A stretch of DNA of 64,000 bases from a candidate division WOR-3 bacterium (GTDB lineage: Bacteria > Hydrothermota > 32-111), in the NCBI GenBank assembly GCA_037481815.1, contig JBBFKX010000003.1:116255-180254 (forward strand), given 5' to 3'. Below, in pieces: positions 1 through 10,265 of this stretch (position 1 is its first letter; every line of letters begins with the position of its first letter). The translations under genes were made by a program, and so were the position numbers. The notes under the pieces are model-generated. The model ran no database searches, was not told where the DNA came from, and was given only the letters and a program-made list of their open reading frames with translations.

Positions 1-62
1 ATTTTTTGCGTTTTTATCAAAATACATTTTAAAGTTTTTAATAGTCAATCTCAGGAGAAAAA

Positions 63-707
63 ATGAAAAATGATAACAGAGAGGAAATCTTTAAATTGAT
101 CGATCAGGAAAAGAAAAAGGAAAATTATTTAAAAGTCCTGTCACTCTATGGAGAACTTTTAAAAGACAATGTTTACGATTTTAACCTGTACGCTTCTATG
201 GCAAAAATATATTATCTTCTTGGGGATTATGATGCGAGTGTAAGGTTTAACCTGATCGCAGTCCATCTTTCATTACTTGAGTCAGAGGATATTTTAAAAA
301 CCGATTCAACTGTTGCAAAAGAGATGGTTGAGATGATCAAGAATTTAAAGGAGTTAACTGACGACTTAAAAAAAATTGATAAAATTTTAAAAAATCTTAT
401 TTTCTGTGAACCAACGGTTACACATCTTGGGCATTCCCTTTTAGATTCTGGAATTGATAATGAATACAAACTTCTCTATACAAAACTTCTTAAAGGTGAA
501 GCAATCGATTTGAACGAAAAATATAAAAAAAGTGAAATGGAATTATACTATCCGTTTGGAATACTTTTTTCAGCTATCATTCTTGAAACCCGACTGAAAA
601 AAGAAGAAATCGTTGAATACTATCTATCCTACGATTCCTCAACGATGAGAACGGTTTATGAAAAAGTTTTAGAACTTTATGAAAATTACAAATTTGATCA
701 AACTTGA
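63..707 (+). CDS. hypothetical protein
   Basis: 214-aa ORF; ATG at 63 preceded by AGGAG (53-57); helical K/E/L-rich sequence, no family motif recognised. Confidence 0.5.
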   Translation: MKNDNREEIFKLIDQEKKKENYLKVLSLYGELLKDNVYDFNLYASMAKIYYLLGDYDASVRFNLIAVHLSLLESEDILKTDSTVAKEMVEMIKNLKELTDDLKKIDKILKNLIFCEPTVTHLGHSLLDSGIDNEYKLLYTKLLKGEAIDLNEKYKKSEMELYYPFGILFSAIILETRLKKEEIVEYYLSYDSSTMRTVYEKVLELYENYKFDQT

Positions 708-1908
708 TAAAAGGGAAAAGCACACATTTTATCTGCTCTTAATAGGTTCAATCTTCAACGGAATATCGTTGGGAGTTTTACTGTTACAGGAGTTCATACT
801 CAGAAAAACATTGTTTGGTAATCTTGTTGAGATAACGATCCTTGTGATGATCCAGCCGGTTTCCAATCTTTTCTCGATCTTCTTCTATTTTTTAAGTAGA
901 TATTTTAAAAGAAAAAACGATTTTTTTCTTATCATAGCTTTCTTTGGAAAACTTATATTACTTTTTATGGTGATCACAAAAAGTTCGATTCTTTTTCTTT
1001 TAGTAATCTCCGTTTTTTATATATTCAACACTTTTATGAATCCATTGTTCTCAAACATTATGCAGTTAAACTTTTCCAAAAAAAACAGAGGCCTTGTTTA
1101 TGGAATCGTTTCATCGGTATCCGTTCTATCCACACTCATAGTTTCAAACATTTCTGGAAAACTGTTGGATATCAATGATAATCTATACAAACTTCTATTT
1201 TCAATTTCAGCGATTTCGGGCTTTCTGTGTTGTTTCTTTTATTCAAGGATAAAGATAAGAAAAACAAAACAGAAAAAAATCGAAGAAAGAATATCTTTCT
1301 TACAACCTTTTAAAATAATCCTGAAGATCTTAAAAGAGAATAAAGATTTTAAAAACTATGAGATATTTTTTTTCATATACGGAATAGGTTATTTGATAAT
1401 ACTACCGGCGATACCGATATATTTTGTTGATGTGCTGAAACTCGATTATTCAAAAATCTCATTTATAAGAGGTTTTCTTGGACAACTCGGATATATAATA
1501 TTCTTCCCTTTAGTTGGATTTTTCCTTGATAGAATCAATCTTTTCATCTATTCATCCTTAACATTTTTTTTGCTTTCTCTCTACCCTCTTTTTCTTTTAT
1601 TTTCAAGCATTTTTCCAGATCCTTTAATTTTTGTTTATATCTCTTTTCTATTTTTTTCAATAAGTATGTCAGCTGTTTCTGTAATATGGGATCTATCTTC
1701 AATATATTTTGCAAAAGAAAACGATTCCTCACAATTTCAAAATGTGCATATCTTTTTAACCGGGGTCAGGGGGATGATAATTCCATCTTTAGGGTATCTG
1801 ATATTAAAATTTTCATCACCAAAACTATTATTTTTTTTATCTACCATCTTTTTCATCTCTTCATCTTTGGGAATGGGATATTTGTTCTATAAATCTAAAT
1901 CTTCTTGA
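679..1908 (+). CDS. multi-pass membrane transporter, MFS-like
   Basis: 409-aa ORF with about 10-12 hydrophobic segments in two halves separated by a basic loop (RIKIRKTKQKKIEER); overlaps the upstream ORF by 29 nt. Confidence 0.55.
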   Translation: MKITNLIKLDKREKHTFYLLLIGSIFNGISLGVLLLQEFILRKTLFGNLVEITILVMIQPVSNLFSIFFYFLSRYFKRKNDFFLIIAFFGKLILLFMVITKSSILFLLVISVFYIFNTFMNPLFSNIMQLNFSKKNRGLVYGIVSSVSVLSTLIVSNISGKLLDINDNLYKLLFSISAISGFLCCFFYSRIKIRKTKQKKIEERISFLQPFKIILKILKENKDFKNYEIFFFIYGIGYLIILPAIPIYFVDVLKLDYSKISFIRGFLGQLGYIIFFPLVGFFLDRINLFIYSSLTFFLLSLYPLFLLFSSIFPDPLIFVYISFLFFSISMSAVSVIWDLSSIYFAKENDSSQFQNVHIFLTGVRGMIIPSLGYLILKFSSPKLLFFLSTIFFISSSLGMGYLFYKSKSS

Positions 1909-1950
1909 CTTTTAATAATAAAATAGTATTATAAAAAATTAAGGTGCTTT

Positions 1951-2964
1951 ATGAAAGGGATAATTTTATCAGGTTTTAGACCAACAGGTAAAGTTCATAT
2001 AGGAAATTTAAAAGGTGCTCTTGAAAACTGGGTAAAATTGCAGGATGATTACACATGTTTTTTCGAAATTGCAGATTGGCATCTTTTAACTACATCCTAT
2101 GATGATGTAAGTTCTATACAGGAGAATATTTTTCAGATGGTAGTCGATTGGCTCGCTGCAGGGATCGATCCCCAAAAATCAACGATTTTTGTTCAATCAT
2201 CGGTTAAAGAACATTCAGAACTTTATCTACTTTTTTCGATGATAACACCTTTATCCTGGTTATACAGAAATCCAACATTAAAAGAACAGATAAGGGATCT
2301 TGAGATGACATCAGAAAACAACTATGGGCTTTTAGGTTATCCTGTTTTACAGGCAGCTGATATTCTATGTTATAAAGCAACAGCCGTTCCCGTTGGTGAG
2401 GATCAACTTCCACATCTTGAACTCACAAGAGAGATAGCAAGAAGGTTCAACAACCTTTACAAAGAAATCTTTCCTGAACCAAAATCTCTGATAACACAGT
2501 TTCCAAGAGTTTTAGGTATAGATGGCAAAAAAATGTCAAAATCTTTAAACAATGCCATATACATTGCTGATTCGGAAGAGGAGATAAAAAGGAAAGTGAA
2601 ACTTTCGATTACAGATACAGCAAAGATAAGAAAAAACGATCCAGGACACCCAGACATATGTAACATATTTTCCTACCATAAAATTTTTAATGCAGAAGAA
2701 ACAGAGCATATCAAAAACTCCTGCGAAAAAGGAGATCTCGGTTGTGTTGATTGTAAAAACAGATGTGCTGAAAAGATAATTGAGTATTTAAAACCTTTGC
2801 AGGAAAAAAGAAAAATCTTTGAAAATGACCCCGATACAATTTACGATATACTGGACAGTGGAAACAAAAAAGCTGAAACGATAGCAAAAAAAACTTTAAA
2901 TGAGGTCAACGAAAGTATGAATTTAATAATAAACAGGAGGTTTTATGATAAAACTTCACTATAA
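1951..2964 (+). CDS. trpS: tryptophan--tRNA ligase
   Basis: Class I aaRS signatures TGKVHIGN (HIGH-type) and KMSKS (GKKMSKSL); 337 aa is typical TrpRS size; RBS AAGGTG before the ATG. Confidence 0.93.
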   Translation: MKGIILSGFRPTGKVHIGNLKGALENWVKLQDDYTCFFEIADWHLLTTSYDDVSSIQENIFQMVVDWLAAGIDPQKSTIFVQSSVKEHSELYLLFSMITPLSWLYRNPTLKEQIRDLEMTSENNYGLLGYPVLQAADILCYKATAVPVGEDQLPHLELTREIARRFNNLYKEIFPEPKSLITQFPRVLGIDGKKMSKSLNNAIYIADSEEEIKRKVKLSITDTAKIRKNDPGHPDICNIFSYHKIFNAEETEHIKNSCEKGDLGCVDCKNRCAEKIIEYLKPLQEKRKIFENDPDTIYDILDSGNKKAETIAKKTLNEVNESMNLIINRRFYDKTSL

Positions 2965-4078
2965 TTACAAAGATCTCTTCAGATGCACAAGATTGGGACT
3001 ATCGATCAAAAAGATGTTCGTTATGTTGTCAGCGATTTCTCTTGGTGCTTTGGTTTATACAATTTTTAGTTATCTTGCATTCTTAACAAACGGAACATCT
3101 TTTAAAACAATATGGGAAACATACAAATTTATCCCTGTACCGGTAATCGGTGTGACAACACTTACCTGGTATTCCTGGTTAATCTGGTTAATCGGAGTTG
3201 TTTTGTATTTTATATTCTTCATCTATGCACAAACAGCTGTGACAAAGATCACATTTGAGCAACTTAAAGGAAATGAGTTCTATGAGATGAAAAAATCTTT
3301 AAAATACGCTTCAAAATTCTGGAAATCATCTTTTCTTGCTCCCGTAACACTTTTGATACTTATCGTGTTCATGTTCATCGGTGCTTTCATTTTTGGTTTG
3401 ATTGGAAGGATTCCATATTTTGGACCACTTTTTATAATACTTTTAATAATTCCTATAATTTTTGGAGCGGTTTTCACAGTTTATCTGATAATAATCTTCT
3501 TCGTTTCACTTTTCATATCACCAGCAGTAGCCGGAACATCGAAATCAGACACTTTTGATACATTATTTGAAATATTCTCTCTTGTTTGGGATCATCCATG
3601 GAGACTTGTTGTTTGGGGTGGTTTAGTTGGTGCAATGTCAACACTCGGGGGAGTTATACTTGGAATAATTTTAAAATATTCACTTGAACTCACAAGATGG
3701 GCATTATCTGTCTGGAACAATGGTTCATGGCTTAAGATTTGGTCAAACGGTTTTTATTTCCTTCCTCCAGTCCCCGCATACGATCTTGTTGAAAAAATCG
3801 CTTCATACGCAACACCTTTCCTTTTCTCAGTTCACAATTTCATTCCAGGCAACTGGGCGATAAATATTTCTTCATTCCTTTTCGGTATTCTACTCTACAT
3901 AGCAGGTTTTACTGTTATTTCTTACATACTCGTCTGCTGGACTGCAGGACTAACGATAATGTATGTTAACCTTGTAAAAATGAAAGATGATGTTAACCTT
4001 CTTGAAGAAAAAGATGAAGAGTTTGACGAAATAGAAGAAGAGGAAAAAGAGGAAAACAAAGAGGAAAAGAAAGAATAA
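2945..4078 (+). CDS. integral membrane protein with acidic C-terminal tail, function unknown
   Basis: 377-aa ORF, AGGAGG 6 nt before the ATG; many hydrophobic helices; C-terminus EEKDEEFDEIEEEEKEENKEEKKE. Confidence 0.6.
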   Translation: MIKLHYNYKDLFRCTRLGLSIKKMFVMLSAISLGALVYTIFSYLAFLTNGTSFKTIWETYKFIPVPVIGVTTLTWYSWLIWLIGVVLYFIFFIYAQTAVTKITFEQLKGNEFYEMKKSLKYASKFWKSSFLAPVTLLILIVFMFIGAFIFGLIGRIPYFGPLFIILLIIPIIFGAVFTVYLIIIFFVSLFISPAVAGTSKSDTFDTLFEIFSLVWDHPWRLVVWGGLVGAMSTLGGVILGIILKYSLELTRWALSVWNNGSWLKIWSNGFYFLPPVPAYDLVEKIASYATPFLFSVHNFIPGNWAINISSFLFGILLYIAGFTVISYILVCWTAGLTIMYVNLVKMKDDVNLLEEKDEEFDEIEEEEKEENKEEKKE

Positions 4079-4079
4079 A

Positions 4080-4104
4080 GGGAGTTTTTATACTCCCTTT
4101 TTTT
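4080..4104 (+). terminator. rho-independent terminator
   Basis: GGGAGT-loop-ACTCCC hairpin immediately after the stop at 4078, followed by a run of T. Confidence 0.7.
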
Positions 4105-4118
4105 AAAAGGTGGTGAAT

Positions 4119-4814
4119 ATGGGTCTTTTAATCTTTTTGATAATCGTAGGGGGATTGGGATTCACAGGATGGGCTATCTATACAAACAAAAAAAATGAAA
4201 CCCTTTCAGTTCCAGAGACATTCGTTATTAATAAAAAACCAACCATGCCTCTTGGAACCGATACTTCTTTCTTTCTGACAAAAACAAAGGAACTCACAAA
4301 CAAAAAAATCGAAAAGATTGGAGAGTTTTCTCTCGATAATTTTCCTTTTAAAAATTATTATTCAGGATTCTTTTCACCTGAAAAAAATGTGTTTATCATT
4401 CTTGGGCAGCATATACCCGATAATATCCAAAAACTTTTCGGTATATCAGAAAAACCTTTTATGAGTGTCATATCGATTTTTACAGATGGATCAGATCTTG
4501 AAACCACAACAAGGGAAAACGGTGATAAAGAGATCAAAAGTGAGTTCAGAAGGGTTGTAAAAATTGAAAATGTTCCTCTTGAACTTATGATAAACAAACA
4601 CAAAGAGAATGTTGATAAGATCGAAGTCAAAGGGATTCGAGAAGTTGCACTTGTTAAGGATGATTTCTTCAAGTATTTTGAAAGAGGATTAAGAATAGAT
4701 ATAGTTCACAAATCAACAAGAGGTTTTGTTACAAAAGCGGATGTGGAAGAGATCTTAAAAAAACTTGACCTCAAACTTAAGGAGGTCGGGAAAAAGGAGG
4801 AAGAACAACCTTAA
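4119..4814 (+). CDS. hypothetical membrane-anchored protein
   Basis: ORF open from GTG 4110; ATG 4119 sits 5 nt after AGGTGG; one N-terminal hydrophobic helix, no recognised motif. Confidence 0.5.
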   Translation: MGLLIFLIIVGGLGFTGWAIYTNKKNETLSVPETFVINKKPTMPLGTDTSFFLTKTKELTNKKIEKIGEFSLDNFPFKNYYSGFFSPEKNVFIILGQHIPDNIQKLFGISEKPFMSVISIFTDGSDLETTTRENGDKEIKSEFRRVVKIENVPLELMINKHKENVDKIEVKGIREVALVKDDFFKYFERGLRIDIVHKSTRGFVTKADVEEILKKLDLKLKEVGKKEEEQP

Positions 4815-5167
4815 TTTTCCTCTTTCATCCTCTTCCAGTTATCGAACAACCTTCTGATATGAGGGATTGTAATCGATCCACCGATTATCAACGCTATATC
4901 AACCGCTTCAACGAGTTCCTCATCGGTAACATTTTCTTCAAAACACCTTATAAGATGATAGAGAATGCAATCATCACACCTTAAAACGATCGATCCAACA
5001 AGACCCATCATCTCTTTGTATTTTGAAGGAATTTTTCCTTCATAGTAAACTTGAGAATCAAGAGCAAAAAACCTTTTCGTTGATGTTGTTGAAAAATCCA
5101 TTATTATTTTGTTTAACCTTTCCCTCTCCTTCCTGAACTCTTCAACATTTTTTTTCTTTTCATCCAT
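4811..5167 (-). CDS. carboxymuconolactone decarboxylase / AhpD-like family protein
   Basis: CxxC-xxx-H core (RCDDCILYHL) typical of the AhpD-like family; internal ATG 5167 has a GAGGTG RBS and avoids overlap with the upstream gene. Confidence 0.65.
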   Translation of the reverse strand: MDEKKKNVEEFRKERERLNKIIMDFSTTSTKRFFALDSQVYYEGKIPSKYKEMMGLVGSIVLRCDDCILYHLIRCFEENVTDEELVEAVDIALIIGGSITIPHIRRLFDNWKRMKEEN

Positions 5168-5174
5168 AAACACC

Positions 5175-6929
5175 TCACTTGATTTTTTTAAAAGTAAAAG
5201 TTCCATTTGGCTGTATTATATCAACATTTATAATTTTTTCATTTTTTTCATTGAATCTGACGAAGAAACCTTTAAGTTCTTTGAACTCAAAATAGTTTTT
5301 ACTTTTGGGAACTATTTTCATCGACTGCTGTCCCTTTAAATTCAAGGTTAAAAATTGATCTTTTGTTAACAATATTTCAAGTGTATCATTTTCTAATATG
5401 TATTTGCCTTCAAATTTTTTTAAATAGGATATCGAAAAAAGATCATCTTCTATCACTTTCTCAAAAACTATATCATCCGTTAACGGTTCTATCGGGAAAT
5501 AAAGTTTTGTTATATTTCCATCTTTATCTGTTTCAAACGAAATTTTAGTATCCATTTCGATCATTCCATCCGATTTTGCTGTAAAAACATCATAATGAAA
5601 ATGGGTCAATTTCATTTCCAGTTCATTGAATTTTAAAATCAGTTTACTATTTTCGTATTCAATCTTTAATTTACCGTAACCTTTATTTTCATAAACTCCT
5701 GCGTAATCTTTTAAAGGATGTGAAGGTTTTGTTTTCTTATTTCCAATTTCCTCTTTTTTTAATTTATTCACATTTAGATTTTCAACATCTTTTAAACGGT
5801 CACTCCATGGTGTTGGATCAAGTCCAAGCATCAATTCTGAAACAAACATTTCAACAAGAAAAGGAATAGCACTGTTGTTCATGTTTGAAAGAACTACCAC
5901 ACCGAAAGAATCATCCGGAAATATTCCCATGTGCGCTGAAAAACCATCTATATTCCCACCATGGAATATATGATATTTTCCCCTGTAATATTCTATAAAC
6001 CATCCCATTCCATAGGTTCTAAAACTCCTTTCAGGATAATTTGATCTTTCAGAAACTATCATTTTCGGTGTTATCATGTTGTCTATATAATCTGATGATA
6101 ATATATCATATCCTTTCCCTTTATTTAAAATAAAGATCAACCATTTTGCCATATCAATAACATTCGAATTTATCGTTCCTGCAGGTCCCATCGCGGGAAA
6201 CTCTCTGAAATTCATTTTAACAATTTTTTTACCATCAAAATAGTATGGGTAAGCAAAATCGTTTTGATTTTTCATAACCTCTGTTGAAAAATTCGTTTTT
6301 TCCATCTTTAGAGGTTTCAAAATCCTTTCATTAACAAAATTTTCCCAGCTTTCGCCTGAAACCTTTTCAACAAGATAACCTGCAACAAGATACATATGAT
6401 TCTGGTATTGGAATTTTGTTCTTATCGAATAGTTTGGTTTTAAATACTTTAACCTTTTATAAATATCCTCTCTTGAAAATGTTGAACCATACCACATAAA
6501 ATCATGCCTTGGAAGACCTATCCTGTGGGTTAAAATGTCAAGTGGTGTCGCAAGTTTTTCTGAAACTTCATCGTAGAGTTGAAAATCTGGAAGATAATCT
6601 TTTAGAGGTTTATCAAACTCCATTTTTCCATCTTGAACAAGTATCGACAATGCTGTTGCTGTGAAAGATTTTGTGCAGGAACCTATTGCAAAAAGTGTAT
6701 TTACTGTTACTCCTTTTTTATTCTCATAATCAGAATAACCATACCCTTTAGCGTATATCAAAGAGTCCCTGTAAACTATTCCTATTGAAAGACCCACCCC
6801 ATTATGCACCTTTAACATAGAATCTACAAAAAGATCTATCTTTTCAAACTTTTTAGTAAAATCTTCTGGATAAAAGTTTAGAAAAAATATTATAGTTGAT
6901 ACAAATATAAATTGTTTTAAAAACTTCAT
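5175..6929 (-). CDS. serine hydrolase, beta-lactamase/transpeptidase-like fold (secreted)
   Basis: SxxK (SCTKSF), YxN (YQN) and HGG motifs in the order seen in class C beta-lactamase-like esterases/PBPs; signal peptide after the ATG at 6929 (AAGGAG RBS); extra C-terminal domain. Confidence 0.75.
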   Translation of the reverse strand: MKFLKQFIFVSTIIFFLNFYPEDFTKKFEKIDLFVDSMLKVHNGVGLSIGIVYRDSLIYAKGYGYSDYENKKGVTVNTLFAIGSCTKSFTATALSILVQDGKMEFDKPLKDYLPDFQLYDEVSEKLATPLDILTHRIGLPRHDFMWYGSTFSREDIYKRLKYLKPNYSIRTKFQYQNHMYLVAGYLVEKVSGESWENFVNERILKPLKMEKTNFSTEVMKNQNDFAYPYYFDGKKIVKMNFREFPAMGPAGTINSNVIDMAKWLIFILNKGKGYDILSSDYIDNMITPKMIVSERSNYPERSFRTYGMGWFIEYYRGKYHIFHGGNIDGFSAHMGIFPDDSFGVVVLSNMNNSAIPFLVEMFVSELMLGLDPTPWSDRLKDVENLNVNKLKKEEIGNKKTKPSHPLKDYAGVYENKGYGKLKIEYENSKLILKFNELEMKLTHFHYDVFTAKSDGMIEMDTKISFETDKDGNITKLYFPIEPLTDDIVFEKVIEDDLFSISYLKKFEGKYILENDTLEILLTKDQFLTLNLKGQQSMKIVPKSKNYFEFKELKGFFVRFNEKNEKIINVDIIQPNGTFTFKKIK

Positions 6930-7025
6930 AACACTCCTTGATAATTTTATAGATAATAGATTAACCAATTATAAAGTCAATAAATATGTAGTTGAAAATG
7001 GTTTTATTTGTTATATAATTTTTTT

Positions 7026-7712
7026 ATGGAAAAATTCAAAATTGTGATTCTTGAAGATGAACAGGATATAAACGATCTAATCTCTATCCATCTGAAACAG
7101 AATAACTTTGACTTTATTCAATTTTTTTCCGGAAAAGATTTTTTAAAATTTCTATCAAACAACAACACTTTCCATCTACTTATTCTTGACCTCATGTTAC
7201 CGGAAGTGGATGGAATCGAAATTTTGAAAAGATTAAAAAATGATCCTTTGTACAAAAATATTCCGGTTATAATTCTTACAGCAAAATCTGAAGAGAGCGA
7301 TAAACTCGTTGGACTCGAACTTGGAAGTGACGATTATTTAACAAAACCTTTTTCAGTAAAAGAACTGATTGCAAGAATCAAGGTTATACTAAAAAGATAT
7401 TATTCTGAAAAAGATGAAAATGTTATCAGAATTGGAAAGGACATAGTTATAGATATAAATAGAGGAGAATGTTTATATAAAAACAAACCAGTTAATTTAA
7501 CATCAACAGAGTTTAGAATTTTAACAACACTTGCGAAAAGAAAGGGCTGGATCTTTTCAAGAGAAAAGATTTTAATGGCGATCTGGGGCAACGATAAAAT
7601 AGTTACGAAAAGGAGTGTTGATGTGCACATAAAAAGTATCAGAGACAAAATCGATAAAGAAGGTAAATATATAAAAAATATAAGAGGAATGGGATACAAA
7701 ATTGAGGATTAA
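7026..7712 (+). CDS. phoB: OmpR/PhoB-family response regulator
   Basis: REC domain (ILEDE...LILDLMLPEVDG...LTAK) plus winged-helix output (LTSTEFRIL...VDVHIKSIRDKI...IRGMGYK); next to a PhoR-like kinase; symbol from family and context only. Confidence 0.8.
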   Translation: MEKFKIVILEDEQDINDLISIHLKQNNFDFIQFFSGKDFLKFLSNNNTFHLLILDLMLPEVDGIEILKRLKNDPLYKNIPVIILTAKSEESDKLVGLELGSDDYLTKPFSVKELIARIKVILKRYYSEKDENVIRIGKDIVIDINRGECLYKNKPVNLTSTEFRILTTLAKRKGWIFSREKILMAIWGNDKIVTKRSVDVHIKSIRDKIDKEGKYIKNIRGMGYKIED

Positions 7713-9411
7713 ACCATTTTCAAAGGTCAAAGCGATAATTTATTTTCTTATTTTCATTCTACTGATCATAAATTCATTTTCATTCTATTTCACAAGCAGA
7801 ATGGTTAAAAAAACTTACATCTATTCAAATTCAAAAAATTTAGAATCAATCTCAAAATTACTTCTTGAAAACTTTAACGACTCCTTTAACGATTTACCAA
7901 TTTTGAACCAGAGAGTGAAAGAAAAAAGTCAAGAAACTGGACTGAGGATAACTCTTGTTGATAAAACTGGAAAGGTCATAGCAGATTCCCATCAGGACTA
8001 TAGATTGATGGAAAACCATAAGGGAAGAAAAGATATATATGAAGCACTCGAAGGGAAAAGTATAACGGTTGAAAGGTACAGTAAAACTTTAAAAAATAAA
8101 ATGATTTATTTTTCTATGCCGATATATAAAGAGAGTGAAATTATCGGTGTCATAAGATTGAGTTCTTTTTCAAAAGATATAGACAGGATTCTTTTTAACA
8201 TTTTCAGAGATTACATCTTCGTTTTCATTTTAAATCTTTTGATAATCTTTTCTATCTTCTACTTTTTAAACAAAAAAATAAATTATCCTTTAAACCTTAT
8301 TTTAAAAAATCTTGAAAAATTTGGAAGTGGAGAATTCGATACTAAAATAATTTTAAAGGATGAGGATGAATTCAAAAAAATAGGAAAAACTTTTAACGAT
8401 ATGGTTGATAGTATCAAGAATTTGATCATAAATACTGAACAAAAGAACAGAGAATTCGAAACACTTTTGAAAACTATCGATGAGGGAATAATCATAGTTG
8501 ATGATGAGTTCAACATCATCTATTCAAACAAAAAGATTGAAAATCTTTTCTCATCAGACAAGCAAAATATCAAAAGAATAACCGATATTTTCTTAAACTA
8601 CGATTTCATAAAAGCGTTGAAGGACTCTCAGAATGGTACAATAAAAATTGAAAGTGAAATAAAATCAAAAATTTTTCTCATAAACATATCCTTCATAAAA
8701 GAAGACAACAAATACATTTTAACATTTTTTGATATCTCCGATTTAAAAAATGTTGATCGCATGAGAAAAGATTTTATTTCAAATATATCACACGAGTTGA
8801 AAACTCCTTTAACTGCAATATATGGATATCTCGAAACTATAGAGATGGAATATAATGACATCAAATATGTTCCTATAATAAAAAAACATGTTGAAAATAT
8901 GAACAAACTCGTTGAAGAGATTTTAACATTATCATATCTTGAAACATCACCAAAAATAAAAATTGAAAACTTCATTTTAAACGATTCTATAAAAAATGTT
9001 ATTAACACTTTTTATGAAGATATAAACAAGAAAAAACTACAATTTGATTTTATCCATGATCAGAATATCTCTTTTTCTGGAGATAGAGAAAAAATCGAAA
9101 GGATGATAAAAAATCTTTTAGAAAATTCTATAAAGTATACAGATGAAGGTTATATAAAAGTTTATTTACAAAAAAAAGATCAAAAAATAATAATCGTGGT
9201 TGAGGATACAGGAATCGGTATTCCAGAAAAGGAGAGGGAACGAATATTTGAAAGATTTTATACTGTTGATAAATCAAGATCAAAAAAATATGGGGGATTT
9301 GGACTTGGCTTATCGATCGTAAAACATATAGTTAAACTACACAATGGAAAAATCGAAGTTGAAAGCGAAGAGGGAAAAGGAACAAAAATAATCGTAACCT
9401 TTGAAGGTTAA
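7702..9411 (+). CDS. phoR: sensor histidine kinase, PhoR-like (TM-HAMP-PAS-HisKA-HATPase)
   Basis: H-box FISNISHELKTPLTAI, N/G boxes (NLLENSIKYT, DTGIGIP, GGFGLGLSIV); overlaps the regulator stop; TTG start. Confidence 0.8.
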   Translation: MRIKPFSKVKAIIYFLIFILLIINSFSFYFTSRMVKKTYIYSNSKNLESISKLLLENFNDSFNDLPILNQRVKEKSQETGLRITLVDKTGKVIADSHQDYRLMENHKGRKDIYEALEGKSITVERYSKTLKNKMIYFSMPIYKESEIIGVIRLSSFSKDIDRILFNIFRDYIFVFILNLLIIFSIFYFLNKKINYPLNLILKNLEKFGSGEFDTKIILKDEDEFKKIGKTFNDMVDSIKNLIINTEQKNREFETLLKTIDEGIIIVDDEFNIIYSNKKIENLFSSDKQNIKRITDIFLNYDFIKALKDSQNGTIKIESEIKSKIFLINISFIKEDNKYILTFFDISDLKNVDRMRKDFISNISHELKTPLTAIYGYLETIEMEYNDIKYVPIIKKHVENMNKLVEEILTLSYLETSPKIKIENFILNDSIKNVINTFYEDINKKKLQFDFIHDQNISFSGDREKIERMIKNLLENSIKYTDEGYIKVYLQKKDQKIIIVVEDTGIGIPEKERERIFERFYTVDKSRSKKYGGFGLGLSIVKHIVKLHNGKIEVESEEGKGTKIIVTFEG

Positions 9412-10265
9412 ATCTTCAATTTTCTAATAGCGTTAGAAAAAATTTTTTTATCAGTTTTTGGAATCTTATTTTTTTGAGGGAATTTACCCTTTTTTACATC
9501 TTCAGCATACCTGTTTAAGGCATCAGAAATTCTTTTTGAAATATTTTCATACCTTTTTATAAACCTTGGAGTGAACCTTGAATACAATCCAATTATATCG
9601 TTTATAACAACTATCTGTCCATCACTATCAACACCCGAACCAATAGAATACACAGGAATTTTTAAATTTTCCTTTAAAAACTTTACAACAAGATCTGTTG
9701 TGTTTTCAACAATAACCATCAACACACCTGCTTTTTGGAGTTCAAAACCATCCTCTATTATTTTGGTTATCTCTTCTTCATCGTTTCCAAGAATCGGATA
9801 ACCTCCATATTTTTTATAACTCTGTGGTTTCATTCCGATATGTCCACAAACAGGTATTCCAGCATCAACAACAGCCTTTATTCTATCGATTATCTCCTTT
9901 CCTCCTTCCATTTTAACAGCATCAGATCTTGTTTCCTTTAATGCTCTTCCACAATTTCTTATCGCTTCACTTTTTGAAACCTGATATGTTAAAAAAGGCA
10001 TATCGAATATTAGGTACTGTTTTTTTATGGCTCTTCTAACAGATTTTCCAAAAACGATCATTTCATCTAAACTTATGTCGAGTGTTGATGTGTTTCCCAT
10101 CATCACCATCGATGCTGAATCTCCAACAAGTACAATATCAACATTAGAATCGTTTACTACAGAAGCGATCGAATAATCATAGGCAGTCACAAGGACTGCC
10201 TTTTCATTGTTTTTCTTTTTTCTTAAAAGTTCTTTATAGGTTATCTTTTCGAGTTTACTCTTCAA
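9408..10265 (-). CDS. panB: 3-methyl-2-oxobutanoate hydroxymethyltransferase
   Basis: LVGDSASMVMMG...DAVKMEGG...GHIGMKPQ pattern characteristic of ketopantoate hydroxymethyltransferase. Confidence 0.88.
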   Translation of the reverse strand: MKSKLEKITYKELLRKKKNNEKAVLVTAYDYSIASVVNDSNVDIVLVGDSASMVMMGNTSTLDISLDEMIVFGKSVRRAIKKQYLIFDMPFLTYQVSKSEAIRNCGRALKETRSDAVKMEGGKEIIDRIKAVVDAGIPVCGHIGMKPQSYKKYGGYPILGNDEEEITKIIEDGFELQKAGVLMVIVENTTDLVVKFLKENLKIPVYSIGSGVDSDGQIVVINDIIGLYSRFTPRFIKRYENISKRISDALNRYAEDVKKGKFPQKNKIPKTDKKIFSNAIRKLKI

